64,000 nt of DNA from an uncultured bacterium (GCA_964387845.1 CAYLXA010000001.1:345038-409037); one strand, 5' to 3'. Shown: positions 1 to 9,621, counted from the stretch's first letter. A program made the numbers and translations. Notes: a model not told the origin generated them from the sequence alone.

Positions 1-120
1 GTAGGCCAGACAGGTCATCGTTACCGCGTATAACAGCCCCTGAACTTTGGCCAAATCAAGGAATTGAGATATGCCCATCCCTAATACAAGTAATAGGCTG
101 AAAATAAAAACTTTCTTCAT
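1..120 (-). CDS. partial secreted hypothetical protein (N-terminus only; gene runs off the left edge)
   Basis: Minus-strand ATG at 118-120 reads MKKVFIFSLLLVLGMGISQF..., a typical signal peptide. The frame is open to the window edge. Too short for the ORF track. Weak RBS. Confidence 0.3.
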   Translation of the reverse strand, partial: MKKVFIFSLLLVLGMGISQFLDLAKVQGLLYAVTMTCLAY

Positions 121-216
121 TGTTACCCTGTCATGATTTTTAGATTACCACGGCACAAGCCGCACAATTTATCAAATGCGCGGCGCGTCGTTACTAAAGC
201 AAGCTTCTCAAAAAAT

Positions 217-1890
217 CTACGAACGAACTTTATGATAGCGGCTTCTTAATAGCAAGAGAAAAGCAACATCTGCCGCTACCACGGCGGAAACATACCCCAC
301 ACCACCGCCGCCAAAACCATAACTATGAAGCCCGGCCGCTAAGACAAAATTCACGCCGTACCAGGCCATGATCACCGTCAAAAAGCAGACCGCGCACCAA
401 AACGCGGTCGCGAATGAATCCAGCCAGCCGGCAGTTCGCCCATGCATAACCGCCAAATACGCAAGTAACGCAATCAAAGCCCAGGTTTCCTTCGGATCCC
501 AGCCCCAAAACCGGCCCCATGAATAATTCGCCCAAACGCCGCCCAGGATTGTTCCGGCAGCGAGCAAAATAAGCCCAATTTGAAGCGAACGATAAAGAAA
601 AGTAATAAGCTCATCTAACGTTTTATTATTTTTTTTCTTAAAAGCATAGTGAAACACAACCACATGCGCGACACCCCAATTGAGCAAAAACGCACCATAG
701 CCGAGCGTAATCGTCAGCACATGAACTGTGAGCCAAAAATTGCTGCGCAAAACGGGAACCAAAGGCGAAATCGACTGGTCCAAAACCGCCGGTAAATTTT
801 CGCTGATCAAGAGCGCCAGAATGGATACGGACGCTGCGATCATCGGAATCAAATAGGACCTGTAAAAAGCAAAAAGAATGAGCGAGAAAAGCACAACACT
901 CCACGACACCCAAATGACTGACTCATACATGTTCGTCACGGGCGGACGCCCGGCGATTAAACAACGCAGCACAAAACCCAACGTATGAACCGCAAAAGCC
1001 GCGGTAAAAAATGAGAAAGCGATTTTATTGGCGCGTTTTTTATTTCTCAGTGTCAGCCAGATCAGAAGGCTGCCTAAATAAATTGCCCATGCCGTATGAA
1101 ACGGGCGAAATTTGAGATAGAAAAGCTCGTAATGAATCAACGTCCGGTCGATGATGATGTCGCGCGATTCCAGTAATTTTGTAAGCGCATTGGCGAAAAA
1201 TGAAGCAGATACGCCGGCCATTTCGATTTTTTCATCCCGCAAGCGGCCGAGGAGAAATGAAAGTGAGTTACTCGCTTCCTTCACATTCGCCGCGGGATAC
1301 ATGGTTTCCAAAATGGAAATACCGTGATCGCTCGCAAGCCCCTCAAGCGGAACCCACCCCGCCTGTGGATCATCGGGATGCGGAATAAAGCCCGGCATTT
1401 CTCCGCGCCCGATAGCCTGAAACAGACGCGCTCTGCTTCCGAGTTCAATCATTGCCTTTTCGTATTCGTTTAGTTTTTCTTTTCTGTCCTGCTTAGCCCT
1501 TACTTCACCTGTTCTTGCCGTAAAATTCAAATCGGCGAGAACAAGAGAAGGTGCGATTCTATTGTTTTCCAGATCCGCGGAGAAATCCTTTCGTAACTCG
1601 GGATTTGAAACAGGTAAAATAGCCTTCGCGCTCCAAATATCGGGGGCCGCAATCCATCGCCACACCAGTTCGGTTGGCTCCATTTTTTGAAAATGTGTTT
1701 TGCCGGTCATATAGAGGACGATTTCTTTCGCGAAACTCTCAAACGGCTTGACGCGGCCGCCCTGCTGAACCGGAATTCCACCCAAAACTTCGTGCGCATT
1801 ACCTTCGGATTGATTGGCAAAGGATTGGGGCGAGAAAAACATCGCCAAGAGAATGACTAAAGAAAGACTGACAATAAATTTACAATACAC
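217..1890 (-). CDS. ccsA: cytochrome c-type biogenesis protein CcsA/ResC (System II)
   Basis: Tryptophan-rich WWD motif WGWDPKETWALIALLAYLAVMHGR plus a polytopic C-terminal half. Signal-like KFIVSLSLVILLAMFFSPQSFA lies just after a GTG preceded by GGAAAGG. The ORF-track N-terminus (to 2001) is translation of an intergenic palindromic repeat, so I place the start near 1890. Confidence 0.8.
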   Translation of the reverse strand: MYCKFIVSLSLVILLAMFFSPQSFANQSEGNAHEVLGGIPVQQGGRVKPFESFAKEIVLYMTGKTHFQKMEPTELVWRWIAAPDIWSAKAILPVSNPELRKDFSADLENNRIAPSLVLADLNFTARTGEVRAKQDRKEKLNEYEKAMIELGSRARLFQAIGRGEMPGFIPHPDDPQAGWVPLEGLASDHGISILETMYPAANVKEASNSLSFLLGRLRDEKIEMAGVSASFFANALTKLLESRDIIIDRTLIHYELFYLKFRPFHTAWAIYLGSLLIWLTLRNKKRANKIAFSFFTAAFAVHTLGFVLRCLIAGRPPVTNMYESVIWVSWSVVLFSLILFAFYRSYLIPMIAASVSILALLISENLPAVLDQSISPLVPVLRSNFWLTVHVLTITLGYGAFLLNWGVAHVVVFHYAFKKKNNKTLDELITFLYRSLQIGLILLAAGTILGGVWANYSWGRFWGWDPKETWALIALLAYLAVMHGRTAGWLDSFATAFWCAVCFLTVIMAWYGVNFVLAAGLHSYGFGGGGVGYVSAVVAADVAFLLLLRSRYHKVRS

Positions 1891-1980
1891 CCCCTCACCC
1901 TTTCCCTCTCCCTGAGGGAGAGGGGAATTGTTTAACTCACTCCCTCTCCCGCTTGCGGGAGAGGGCTGGGGTGAGGGTTG
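1886..1980. repeat. compound palindromic repeat (ccctctccc...gggagaggg units inside an outer ccctcaccc/gggtgaggg stem)
   Basis: Two perfect inner palindromes, ccctctccctgagggagaggg and ccctctcccgcttgcgggagaggg, are enclosed by an outer inverted repeat. A related copy sits at 25715-25775. Confidence 0.7.
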
Positions 1981-2000
1981 ATTATTTAGAAATTGTCTCA

Positions 2001-3761
2001 TTAGATTTTCCTCATTTTGGGGTCACTGGTCTTAAGCGTCGAATATTGTTTTAAATAGAATAACAAAATAATTCCGACTATCATCACAATCGAACCCGCA
2101 TATTTAACCGGGATACCGGGGTCGCGCGCAACTGTAAAGACGGAAATATCCGGCTCGCCGGGCGTCACTTGATACGCAGATTGATACACTTTGAAACTAC
2201 GATGAACGAGCGGTTCATTCATCTGAATCAATTGATCGCGGCTGATTCCCTTCGCTACGTCTTTCAAAGTGACCTGGCTTTTGAAACTGGCGGGCCGGTT
2301 GGTGCCGGGATCCGTATCCATTAAAAAATCATTCAATTGAATCGTGAAGCCCAGCGGTTGCGTCTCAAGCCCATAAACAAAGTGCCAATCATGGCCGCCT
2401 AACTGAGTCCGTTCAACCTGGCCCTGCCGAAGCCATAAATTTTGAGATTCATTTCCGTCCGATAGTTCGATTTGAATGACGCGAGTTGCGCCTGTGCGCT
2501 CTGAAGCGAGAGGAATCGGAGAAAATGAACGTTCTACTTCGGCATGATGATAAAAAGCATCAACACTGAATTTAAAATCCATCCATCCGGTTTCAATTTG
2601 TTTGCCGATTTCGACAATGCCGTCCGTAAGCAAATCGCCCTTTTTAACTTGATAGCGCGGTAAACCGTCCGGATTATAAATGAACCGAAGTTCGTTCTTT
2701 GAAGCCGCTTGATCCGCTTGGCCGGCCATTTTCATCGCAATCCGCATTCCGGAAGCGCTTGGCGCCATGCCATGCACAGTCGGAAAATCGGGAAAATTCG
2801 CGAAAATGGTATGCTGTTCGTTCAATCCATCGCCTTCCAAGATCAATTCCACCGCGGGGTTCCGCCACTCCTTGGAACGGTCAATCAATTTGTTTTGATC
2901 TACAATCGCATCACGCAAAATACGGTTGAGCTTAGCGCGGATTTTAGTGCCTTGAAGCGTAAATGATTTTGGTTTGTCGGATTCCTTGATCGGAACCTGA
3001 ATGATTTTACCCGATTTGAGCATAAATTCTAAATGCGCAAATTCATCTCCCGATTTTTTCTTCGGTTTCTCGATGTCAATCGGTTGGCGCGCAAAATGAA
3101 TGACGGCGGCACCCATGGCTAGCTGATTTTTTTCGGGATTATCCAAGAAAAGCCAATCGTTGGTTTGCGCCATCGATCCGGATAGTGAAAATTGAATGGC
3201 GGGAGACCCTTTGGCGGATTCTTTGACAGATTCTCCCAAAACCGCTTTCGGGAAATCCTGCAAAACATGGATCTGAACGGAGCTTTTCGGCTTCAATTCC
3301 AATTTCCGGCGCCCGGACCACGGAAACACGCTTGGTTTATAATGCATGACAAAATGTTCTTTCAAATCGGGAGAGAAAATTTCAAGTATCGGATTCGCCA
3401 AAGTCATACGGCTTTCGGAATCGCCTTCCTGAATCGACACCTGCCCTTCAATCCCGAAACGCTGCGTGATCAAAGAACCAATGAGAATCAAGATGATTCC
3501 GAGATGGGTCAAAAGAAAACCGATGTGCTGCTTGCGCCACGGCCAACGGCTGATTGCGGATGCGGCTAAATTAATCGCCAGTAAAACCAAAACAATCGAA
3601 AACCAAGGAGTATAATAAATCAAGCGCTGGGCGGCTTCCGCACCGTGATACGACTCGATGAAGGTGCCGGCAGCCACAATAATCGCGACAGTTACAATAA
3701 GCAGAACCGCGCACCAAAGCGAAGCAAAAAATTTGAATAGGTCGGACAATAGATGATTCAT
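2001..3761 (-). CDS. ccsB: cytochrome c biogenesis protein ResB/CcsB (Ccs1, System II)
   Basis: N-terminal transmembrane helices (LWCAVLLIVTVAIIVAAG..., WFSIVLVLLAINLAASAISRWPW), a large periplasmic domain and a C-terminal transmembrane segment. It sits immediately upstream of ccsA, the classic resB-resC arrangement. Confidence 0.8.
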   Translation of the reverse strand: MNHLLSDLFKFFASLWCAVLLIVTVAIIVAAGTFIESYHGAEAAQRLIYYTPWFSIVLVLLAINLAASAISRWPWRKQHIGFLLTHLGIILILIGSLITQRFGIEGQVSIQEGDSESRMTLANPILEIFSPDLKEHFVMHYKPSVFPWSGRRKLELKPKSSVQIHVLQDFPKAVLGESVKESAKGSPAIQFSLSGSMAQTNDWLFLDNPEKNQLAMGAAVIHFARQPIDIEKPKKKSGDEFAHLEFMLKSGKIIQVPIKESDKPKSFTLQGTKIRAKLNRILRDAIVDQNKLIDRSKEWRNPAVELILEGDGLNEQHTIFANFPDFPTVHGMAPSASGMRIAMKMAGQADQAASKNELRFIYNPDGLPRYQVKKGDLLTDGIVEIGKQIETGWMDFKFSVDAFYHHAEVERSFSPIPLASERTGATRVIQIELSDGNESQNLWLRQGQVERTQLGGHDWHFVYGLETQPLGFTIQLNDFLMDTDPGTNRPASFKSQVTLKDVAKGISRDQLIQMNEPLVHRSFKVYQSAYQVTPGEPDISVFTVARDPGIPVKYAGSIVMIVGIILLFYLKQYSTLKTSDPKMRKI

Positions 3762-3861
3762 AACAGTTTAAGATAAGGGGTAATTATACATGATTGGCAT
3801 AGCACACGTCATTAGAAACCGAAATTAGTTTAAGCGGGAATTAATTAGACTGATTGAAGAA

Positions 3862-5949
3862 TCAGCCCCAAGCCAAGCTGATTTCGCAGGAAATTAAATG
3901 CGCAATGTAATCGCCAAATTCGGCGTTGGAATTGGCAAGATAGTAATAAAGTCCGTATTTTGGCTCAACAGTTACTTTTTCATTCACATTCCATTTCAAG
4001 CCCGCTTCCAAATCCAGTTTCCGATAATCAGATCCGATCGGCAAGCCTCTGGCAGTAAAATCATTAAAATTATCAGCACGGGCATATTGCACCGATTGAA
4101 TAAACGAAACATTTTCTTTCGGCATGTAGCTCGTACTCAATGTCCACGTATCCACATTCGCGTTAAAACCCGGCAGGTTACCGCTTAATGCGCCGGCGGC
4201 CGGAGTATTGGTGTTTGACATAAGCTTTGAATAGGAGCCCAGAATCATTACATTTTCAACGGGTTGCGATGTAAAATCAAAAATAAAATTATTTGAGGTT
4301 GTTTCCGTATCAACGCCTGCTAAATTTTCAATGTTCGTCCTGTAATTTGTATCGCGCCCGATAAACCGAAAAGACGGCTGAAGATATTTGGTTAATGTCA
4401 ATGCCAACCTCATCATGAATTCATTAATATAGGTGTGCTGGCTGTCAAAAAATGCAGATTTTGAAACTCCTGATGAAACAGTTTCGTAAATATCATCGTA
4501 ATCCGTCATTTTAAGAGTCCTTCGAAAATGCGAAGTAATCCGCACAAATGAAAACGGCGCTGCGTGCCCGCCTAAAGTCATCACGCCACGCTGGATGTTT
4601 GTAATCGTTTCGCGAATAAAAACTTCACTTGCACTCGCCCCCGACTGTCCGCCAACGCTATCCCGATTTTCAGACATCGGTAACCGGTCTTGTTCTAATT
4701 CCAATTCTGTATAAATAGCCGTCCGCGGAATCGCCGTAAATCTGGCCGTAATCCCTTGTCCCCACCTGAAACCGCTCATACGCGTATCGCTGACGTCAAA
4801 TCGGTTAATGCGATTATCGGGCGGATCTGTGGTCTCAACGTTATAAGTAGACTCTCCGCGGCGATTTAAAAATTCTGACTTAACCTTTGCGCCGATATTG
4901 AACCATTTTGTGACCAGGGCCATCATATTAGCAACCCAGGTGTTGGAATGAAAATGGTTGGTTGCGATATTGCCAAAACGGTTTTCAGCATTTGCAAATG
5001 AACGCGGATTACCATTTTCGTCAAACTCTCGGATATCTTCCCATTCTTTGTTATGGATTTGTGCATATCGATACCCAGCCGAAGTGTACACTTTGTCCTT
5101 TAAAAACCACTTCGCGATTCCAAATATTGAGCTGAAAGTGTGTGCTTCCGGCTTTTGCTGCTGCTTTCTAATTAATTTATTACCAGCCGTAGCATCAGAG
5201 TCAGCGCCAAAATATTTCTCGACGCGTGTGTTATCGGATTTCACAATTTCAAATTTTTGCTCGCTTTTAAGTTCATAACCTTTAACGGTATGGTCGACTT
5301 TCAAGCCAAACGTATCCGCCACTTCGCTCACATCCTGATAGGAAGGCGCTATTTTCCGCGTCACACCGCTCTGAACCACGTCTCCCCATGTTAATCTGGA
5401 TTTTGCACCATTTTTAAATTCGCGCTCATACCCAATCATTACTTTTGGAAAATCCGGTATATCCAGCTCCGCTTCAACGCCGAAATGGCCGATGTCCAGT
5501 TCTAAATCTTTAACCGCGTCGCCAACCCGGAGTGTGTAGTCGCCCCGCGTTAGATTAAACGGATGATAAACACCGCCCGTCCGGTCATAATATTTCCGGA
5601 ACTCTTGGTAATCAAATTTGATTTGTCCCACTTCTTTTTTCTTGATGATGACAACGCCTTCGTAATCATTGTCCGCGGGGATTGCCTTGCCTTCCATTTT
5701 TACCGTAATATCATTCGGAAGCCTGTAAAAAGAATAAAATTCCTCAACGCCTGCGGCGTAATTGTTGCTCTTCCAATGATGCGCTCTGAATTTATCGGCT
5801 TCCCCGTCCACAAAAATATAACGGACCGGAAGAGGTGTGATATCAAGATGATTTTCTGAATTATTTTCCGAAGCTGCGTATAGAGATTGAGTGACGGCCA
5901 AAGAGACATACGCTAAAACGAATATTAACTTCCAATATGAGCGTCTCAT
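3862..5949 (-). CDS. secreted putative outer-membrane beta-barrel (porin-like) protein
   Basis: Start refined to MRRSYWKLIFVLAYVSLAVTQSLYA (signal peptide) with RBS AGGAGG just upstream. About 696 aa. G/Y/N/T-rich with alternating hydrophobic pattern and no transmembrane helices. Co-operonic with multiheme cytochromes. Confidence 0.45.
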   Translation of the reverse strand: MRRSYWKLIFVLAYVSLAVTQSLYAASENNSENHLDITPLPVRYIFVDGEADKFRAHHWKSNNYAAGVEEFYSFYRLPNDITVKMEGKAIPADNDYEGVVIIKKKEVGQIKFDYQEFRKYYDRTGGVYHPFNLTRGDYTLRVGDAVKDLELDIGHFGVEAELDIPDFPKVMIGYEREFKNGAKSRLTWGDVVQSGVTRKIAPSYQDVSEVADTFGLKVDHTVKGYELKSEQKFEIVKSDNTRVEKYFGADSDATAGNKLIRKQQQKPEAHTFSSIFGIAKWFLKDKVYTSAGYRYAQIHNKEWEDIREFDENGNPRSFANAENRFGNIATNHFHSNTWVANMMALVTKWFNIGAKVKSEFLNRRGESTYNVETTDPPDNRINRFDVSDTRMSGFRWGQGITARFTAIPRTAIYTELELEQDRLPMSENRDSVGGQSGASASEVFIRETITNIQRGVMTLGGHAAPFSFVRITSHFRRTLKMTDYDDIYETVSSGVSKSAFFDSQHTYINEFMMRLALTLTKYLQPSFRFIGRDTNYRTNIENLAGVDTETTSNNFIFDFTSQPVENVMILGSYSKLMSNTNTPAAGALSGNLPGFNANVDTWTLSTSYMPKENVSFIQSVQYARADNFNDFTARGLPIGSDYRKLDLEAGLKWNVNEKVTVEPKYGLYYYLANSNAEFGDYIAHLISCEISLAWG

Positions 5950-5959
5950 GACGGCCTCC

Positions 5960-6742
5960 TTAATATCGAAGATGATCGTCAAAATTGGAACCATGAACCG
6001 CCGTGTGGCACTTCGCGCTGAAGCAAGTGCCTTGCGCAAGGCGCGTAGCATGATTAGAACTTCCGATGAACGGAAAATTATCTTGTGTATGACAACGTAA
6101 ACATAAATTACTGTCGCGGGCAATCAGCATTTTGTCAGTAATCGAGCCATGAACTTGATGACATGTCGTGCAGCCTTCGCGCAGCGCTTCATGCTCCCAC
6201 ACAAACGGGCCGCGTTGTTCTTTATGACATTTAAAGCATGCTTCGTTGACATCTTCCATGGTTGTGGATGACCATGGCCTGACTTCCGGTCCGTGCGGAC
6301 TATGGCAGTCCGAACAACTCATCTTTCCTTCGAGCACGGGATGGTGGTGCGGAAGATTAAATTCTACTTTTTTATCGGTATGACACGCAAAACAGACGGA
6401 CGGATCTTTTCTGGGATTAATGATTTTCTTATCTTGGCTGGATTCTTTTAACTTATCATCCATATCGACATGTAGACTTCCGGGGCCATGACAAAGCTCG
6501 CAGCCTTGTACCGCCATATCTTTTCCGGGAATGCTGATACGGGAATGGGTCGAAAGTTCAAACTCTTTGACTTCTTTTTCATGGCAAGCGGCGCAAGTAT
6601 CCATACCGACATACTCCGCGCCTTCTATGTTATGAACTTCGAGAACTTTTTGGAGGGCTTCTTCGTCGTATTTGCAAGAAGTGACACTGAGAACGAGGGA
6701 TAATACCGCAAAACTAACAAAAATGCTGGCTTTTTGATTCAT
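5960..6742 (-). CDS. multiheme c-type cytochrome lipoprotein (7 CXXCH + 1 CX4CH)
   Basis: Lipobox LSVTSC. Heme motifs CAACH, CELCH, CFACH, CSDCH, CFKCH, CTTCH, CLRCH and the atypical CFSAKCH. 260 aa. Confidence 0.85.
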   Translation of the reverse strand: MNQKASIFVSFAVLSLVLSVTSCKYDEEALQKVLEVHNIEGAEYVGMDTCAACHEKEVKEFELSTHSRISIPGKDMAVQGCELCHGPGSLHVDMDDKLKESSQDKKIINPRKDPSVCFACHTDKKVEFNLPHHHPVLEGKMSCSDCHSPHGPEVRPWSSTTMEDVNEACFKCHKEQRGPFVWEHEALREGCTTCHQVHGSITDKMLIARDSNLCLRCHTQDNFPFIGSSNHATRLAQGTCFSAKCHTAVHGSNFDDHLRY

Positions 6743-6875
6743 GCTAGCGGTTTATGATTTGTGTTTGCGTACGAATTATATTGTTTTATTAAGAAATGAC
6801 AATCGCTTTTATGGCAGTGAAATTATCGACATTTCCTGAAAAACTTTATGTGACATCTGTCACTTAAATTGACGT

Positions 6876-8366
6876 TTATGCAGGGCCGCCGGTATGGCAA
6901 TCCATGCACGATATTTCTTTCCATGATTCTTGATCGCCGTCGGGATGCTTAAATTCCAGCCCATCTACCGAACTTTCCATAGCGCCAAATGGACCTTGAG
7001 CAATAATCCCGTGGCAAATTTTGCAATCATTTGAAATGATTTTACCCTGCGGGCTTTCATGCTTGCCGTCATGGCAACGGAAACAACCTGGCGCCATCAT
7101 GTGCCCGATATTGTCCGGATACGCTTTCCAAGACACATTCATACCCGGGAAAAAGTTGGATTGATAAATTTCAACAATGGCTTGAATAGAACGGTCTAAC
7201 TTGTTTTTCTGATTCTGGAAAACTTCCGGATAATTATCCTCGTAAAATTTTTCCAACCGCGACCGAATCTGAGCAGCCGCATCATCATGAGACTCGTATT
7301 TGCCGACCAAAACCTTGACGGCTTCGCGTTTCATATAAGGGAGCTCGGCGGCAATATCGCCTTTTCCCATTGCTTTATTGACAGACCTGGAAGGCGCTTC
7401 ATATTGATGGCTGGGCCGATTGTGGCAATCGATGCAGTCCATTTTTCGGATTTCGCCTTGCGGCGGTTTGCTAGCAGAAAATTTTGACTCACTGTCTACA
7501 AAATATTCTTCGCGGCCATCCTCATAAACCACTTTGACCCATGGAATTATTTGACGTTTTTCGTCAGTTGAAACATAGTAAACTTTGTTCGCAGGGTTCA
7601 CATGCCAATGGCTTCCATGCGCCTTTTCCCCGCCGCCCACATACATCAGCATGCGGGTGTTCCAAAGTGTGTTACTTTCGTCTGACATGAAATATTGATG
7701 ATCCTTCTCAATGGCTCCAAAAAACTTCTCGGGCCAATGACAATGTTCGCATGTTTCTTGAGCGGGCCGTAAATTCTTGACCGGCGCCGGAATGGGTTTG
7801 GAATATTTCTTGAAAATAGATGAATAAATTTGATGGGCGCCGTTAATTTTAGACTTCAAATAATAATCAGGCCCTGGGCCGACATGGCATTCAACGCAGG
7901 AAACGCGGGCATGCGGCGATTTGTGATACGCGGTAAATTCCGGATGCATGACTTGATGGCAGGTTTTTCCGCAAAATGTCACGGATTCCGAAAATTGATA
8001 AGCCTTGTAAGTTCCAAACATAGAAAAAATCAAGAAAACCGTGAAAAACCCAATGCCGATTAACGCCCAGCGTTGATGGGCCGGATTATTAAAATCAATC
8101 TGCGGAAACTTGCGGACATAACCTCTTTTCCGGCGCGCCGAACGTTCCCGCCAAGCGCCAAAAAAAATTAAAAAAAGAGTGAGTATAAGGAAGGCCGGAA
8201 GCCCGACATAAGTGATGGATTGCGTGTAGGGATTAATTTCTTTTGAAAGGAATTCGAGGACAATTAAAACTAAGATAGCAGAGAAAATGACAATGGAAAG
8301 AATTGCGCCGATAATGCTGAGCCAATTTTGAAAAAGGCTTTTGTTTGAATTTGGCAATTCAGACAT
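6876..8366 (-). CDS. membrane-anchored multiheme c-type cytochrome (3 N-terminal transmembrane helices; 6 CXXCH + 1 CX3CH), ImcH-like architecture
   Basis: Three hydrophobic helices in the first ~120 aa. Then CGKTCH (CX3CH), CVECH, CEHCH, CIDCH, CFRCH, CKICH, CMDCH. 3 TM plus ~7 hemes matches my memory of inner-membrane quinol-oxidising cytochromes such as Geobacter ImcH. Confidence 0.75.
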   Translation of the reverse strand: MSELPNSNKSLFQNWLSIIGAILSIVIFSAILVLIVLEFLSKEINPYTQSITYVGLPAFLILTLFLIFFGAWRERSARRKRGYVRKFPQIDFNNPAHQRWALIGIGFFTVFLIFSMFGTYKAYQFSESVTFCGKTCHQVMHPEFTAYHKSPHARVSCVECHVGPGPDYYLKSKINGAHQIYSSIFKKYSKPIPAPVKNLRPAQETCEHCHWPEKFFGAIEKDHQYFMSDESNTLWNTRMLMYVGGGEKAHGSHWHVNPANKVYYVSTDEKRQIIPWVKVVYEDGREEYFVDSESKFSASKPPQGEIRKMDCIDCHNRPSHQYEAPSRSVNKAMGKGDIAAELPYMKREAVKVLVGKYESHDDAAAQIRSRLEKFYEDNYPEVFQNQKNKLDRSIQAIVEIYQSNFFPGMNVSWKAYPDNIGHMMAPGCFRCHDGKHESPQGKIISNDCKICHGIIAQGPFGAMESSVDGLEFKHPDGDQESWKEISCMDCHTGGPA

Positions 8367-8403
8367 TTTTTACTTTTTTCCCGTATCGATACAGTGCCGA
8401 CTG

Positions 8404-8967
8404 TTACGATTTCGGTTTTGGATGTGCAATCTTTGCTTGGCGCTCTTTGTAATCAAACGGCTTGTAGGTCGGGCTTTCCTGATTATGGCACTTCACGCAC
8501 GTACTTTCATCCGGTAACAACAAACCATTTTCAATCGATGCCTGGCGGTCTTCCATAACACTTTTCTTCATATAATCCTTACCGGGCCCGTGACAGCTTT
8601 CGCAGGAAACACCTTCCTCTACCGGAATCGCATCAGAAACTTTTGTTTCGCCAAACCAATAAGCCGTTGAGTGGCATTTTAAACACTTGCCGCTGGTTTG
8701 AGGATCGCTAATACCTAATTTGGCAGCCGCTTCTTTCGCGGCGGGTGTGCCGAGTGTTTCAAATGCTTTAGCATGCATGGATTCCTGCCAAATCCGGAAT
8801 TGCTCACCTTCTTCCGGTTTTTTGTGGCACAGGGAACATTTTTTGGCTCCGATAAATTCATGTGCAGGCGCTGCTGCAAAAACAGGTTGATGGCTGAGAA
8901 AAAATACGGAAATAACAGCTAGGAAATATTTGAGAAAAATACCGGAATGAAACGAGTGCTTTGACAT
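8404..8967 (-). CDS. tetraheme c-type cytochrome (secreted)
   Basis: Start refined to MSKHSFHSGIFLKYFLAVISVFFLSHQPVFAAAPA (signal peptide), with AGGAG 11 nt upstream. Motifs CSLCH, CLKCH, CESCH, CVKCH. Confidence 0.8.
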   Translation of the reverse strand: MSKHSFHSGIFLKYFLAVISVFFLSHQPVFAAAPAHEFIGAKKCSLCHKKPEEGEQFRIWQESMHAKAFETLGTPAAKEAAAKLGISDPQTSGKCLKCHSTAYWFGETKVSDAIPVEEGVSCESCHGPGKDYMKKSVMEDRQASIENGLLLPDESTCVKCHNQESPTYKPFDYKERQAKIAHPKPKS

Positions 8968-9294
8968 ATTTTGGTGGCTCCTGTTTAGCTTCCTACTTTG
9001 CACTCTTATATACGAAATGCCCGCTCGTGCATGTGACATTCATCACTGCCCCAGCGTAACTTTAAAACAAAAATCACACTCTAATTAGAACGCTGGGACT
9101 GGACTCATTTCCTCTAGACTCACGCTTTTCTCAATGAAAATGAGTCCTGCACGAATTTTATCAATAAATGAAGATAGAAAGCAATTGCCAATAATTCTCA
9201 CAAATTATCGTAATTTGCCGTCAATTTATGAAGAAAATAATTGACCCATATCAGCGAAGTGCTAGAGTAAACAAAAAGTTGAGGAGGTGCTCAC

Positions 9295-9621
9295 ATGCAA
9301 AGCGTGTTACTATTAATTGCTCTCGGTTTTGGCTTTAAAATATTCGCGGAAGCCAGTGAAAAGCAGAAAAAACCCATTAAACAGCTCGGCCGGTTGGTCG
9401 GTATTATCATCATGATTGTCAGCCTTTGCGGCGTTTTGTGCAGCATTTTCGCCTGCATGAAAGGCAGCCCCTGTGGTCCGGCGACGGCCGGCTATTGCCC
9501 TACTCATGGATCCGAAAAAGGAATGATGGGTTTCGGCCATTACGGGATGAAAAAGGATAAGGCGATGTGCCCCTTGTTTGGTTCAGCCGATAAGAATGCT
9601 GTTTCCGACGAGGCAAAATAA
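9295..9621 (+). CDS. small Cys-rich membrane protein, hypothetical (possible metal-binding)
   Basis: Strong RBS GAGGAGG 7 nt before ATG. One transmembrane helix followed by a Cys/His/Met-rich tail (CGVLC...CMKGSPCGP...GYCPTHG...MMGFGHYGM...MCPLFG). Confidence 0.5.
   Translation: MQSVLLLIALGFGFKIFAEASEKQKKPIKQLGRLVGIIIMIVSLCGVLCSIFACMKGSPCGPATAGYCPTHGSEKGMMGFGHYGMKKDKAMCPLFGSADKNAVSDEAK

Noticed and set aside
1891-2001. N-terminal 37 residues of the 594-aa ORF-track call for CcsA (PSPQPSPASGRGS...GEGKGEG)
   Set aside because: This is translation of the G/C-rich intergenic palindromic repeat. The CcsA signal peptide starts after it, and the long form would overlap the resB stop.
5950-6123. 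First 58 codons of the 753-aa ORF-track call overlapping the cytochrome gene
   Set aside because: An internal ATG with a perfect AGGAGG RBS and a signal peptide gives a non-overlapping start at 5949.
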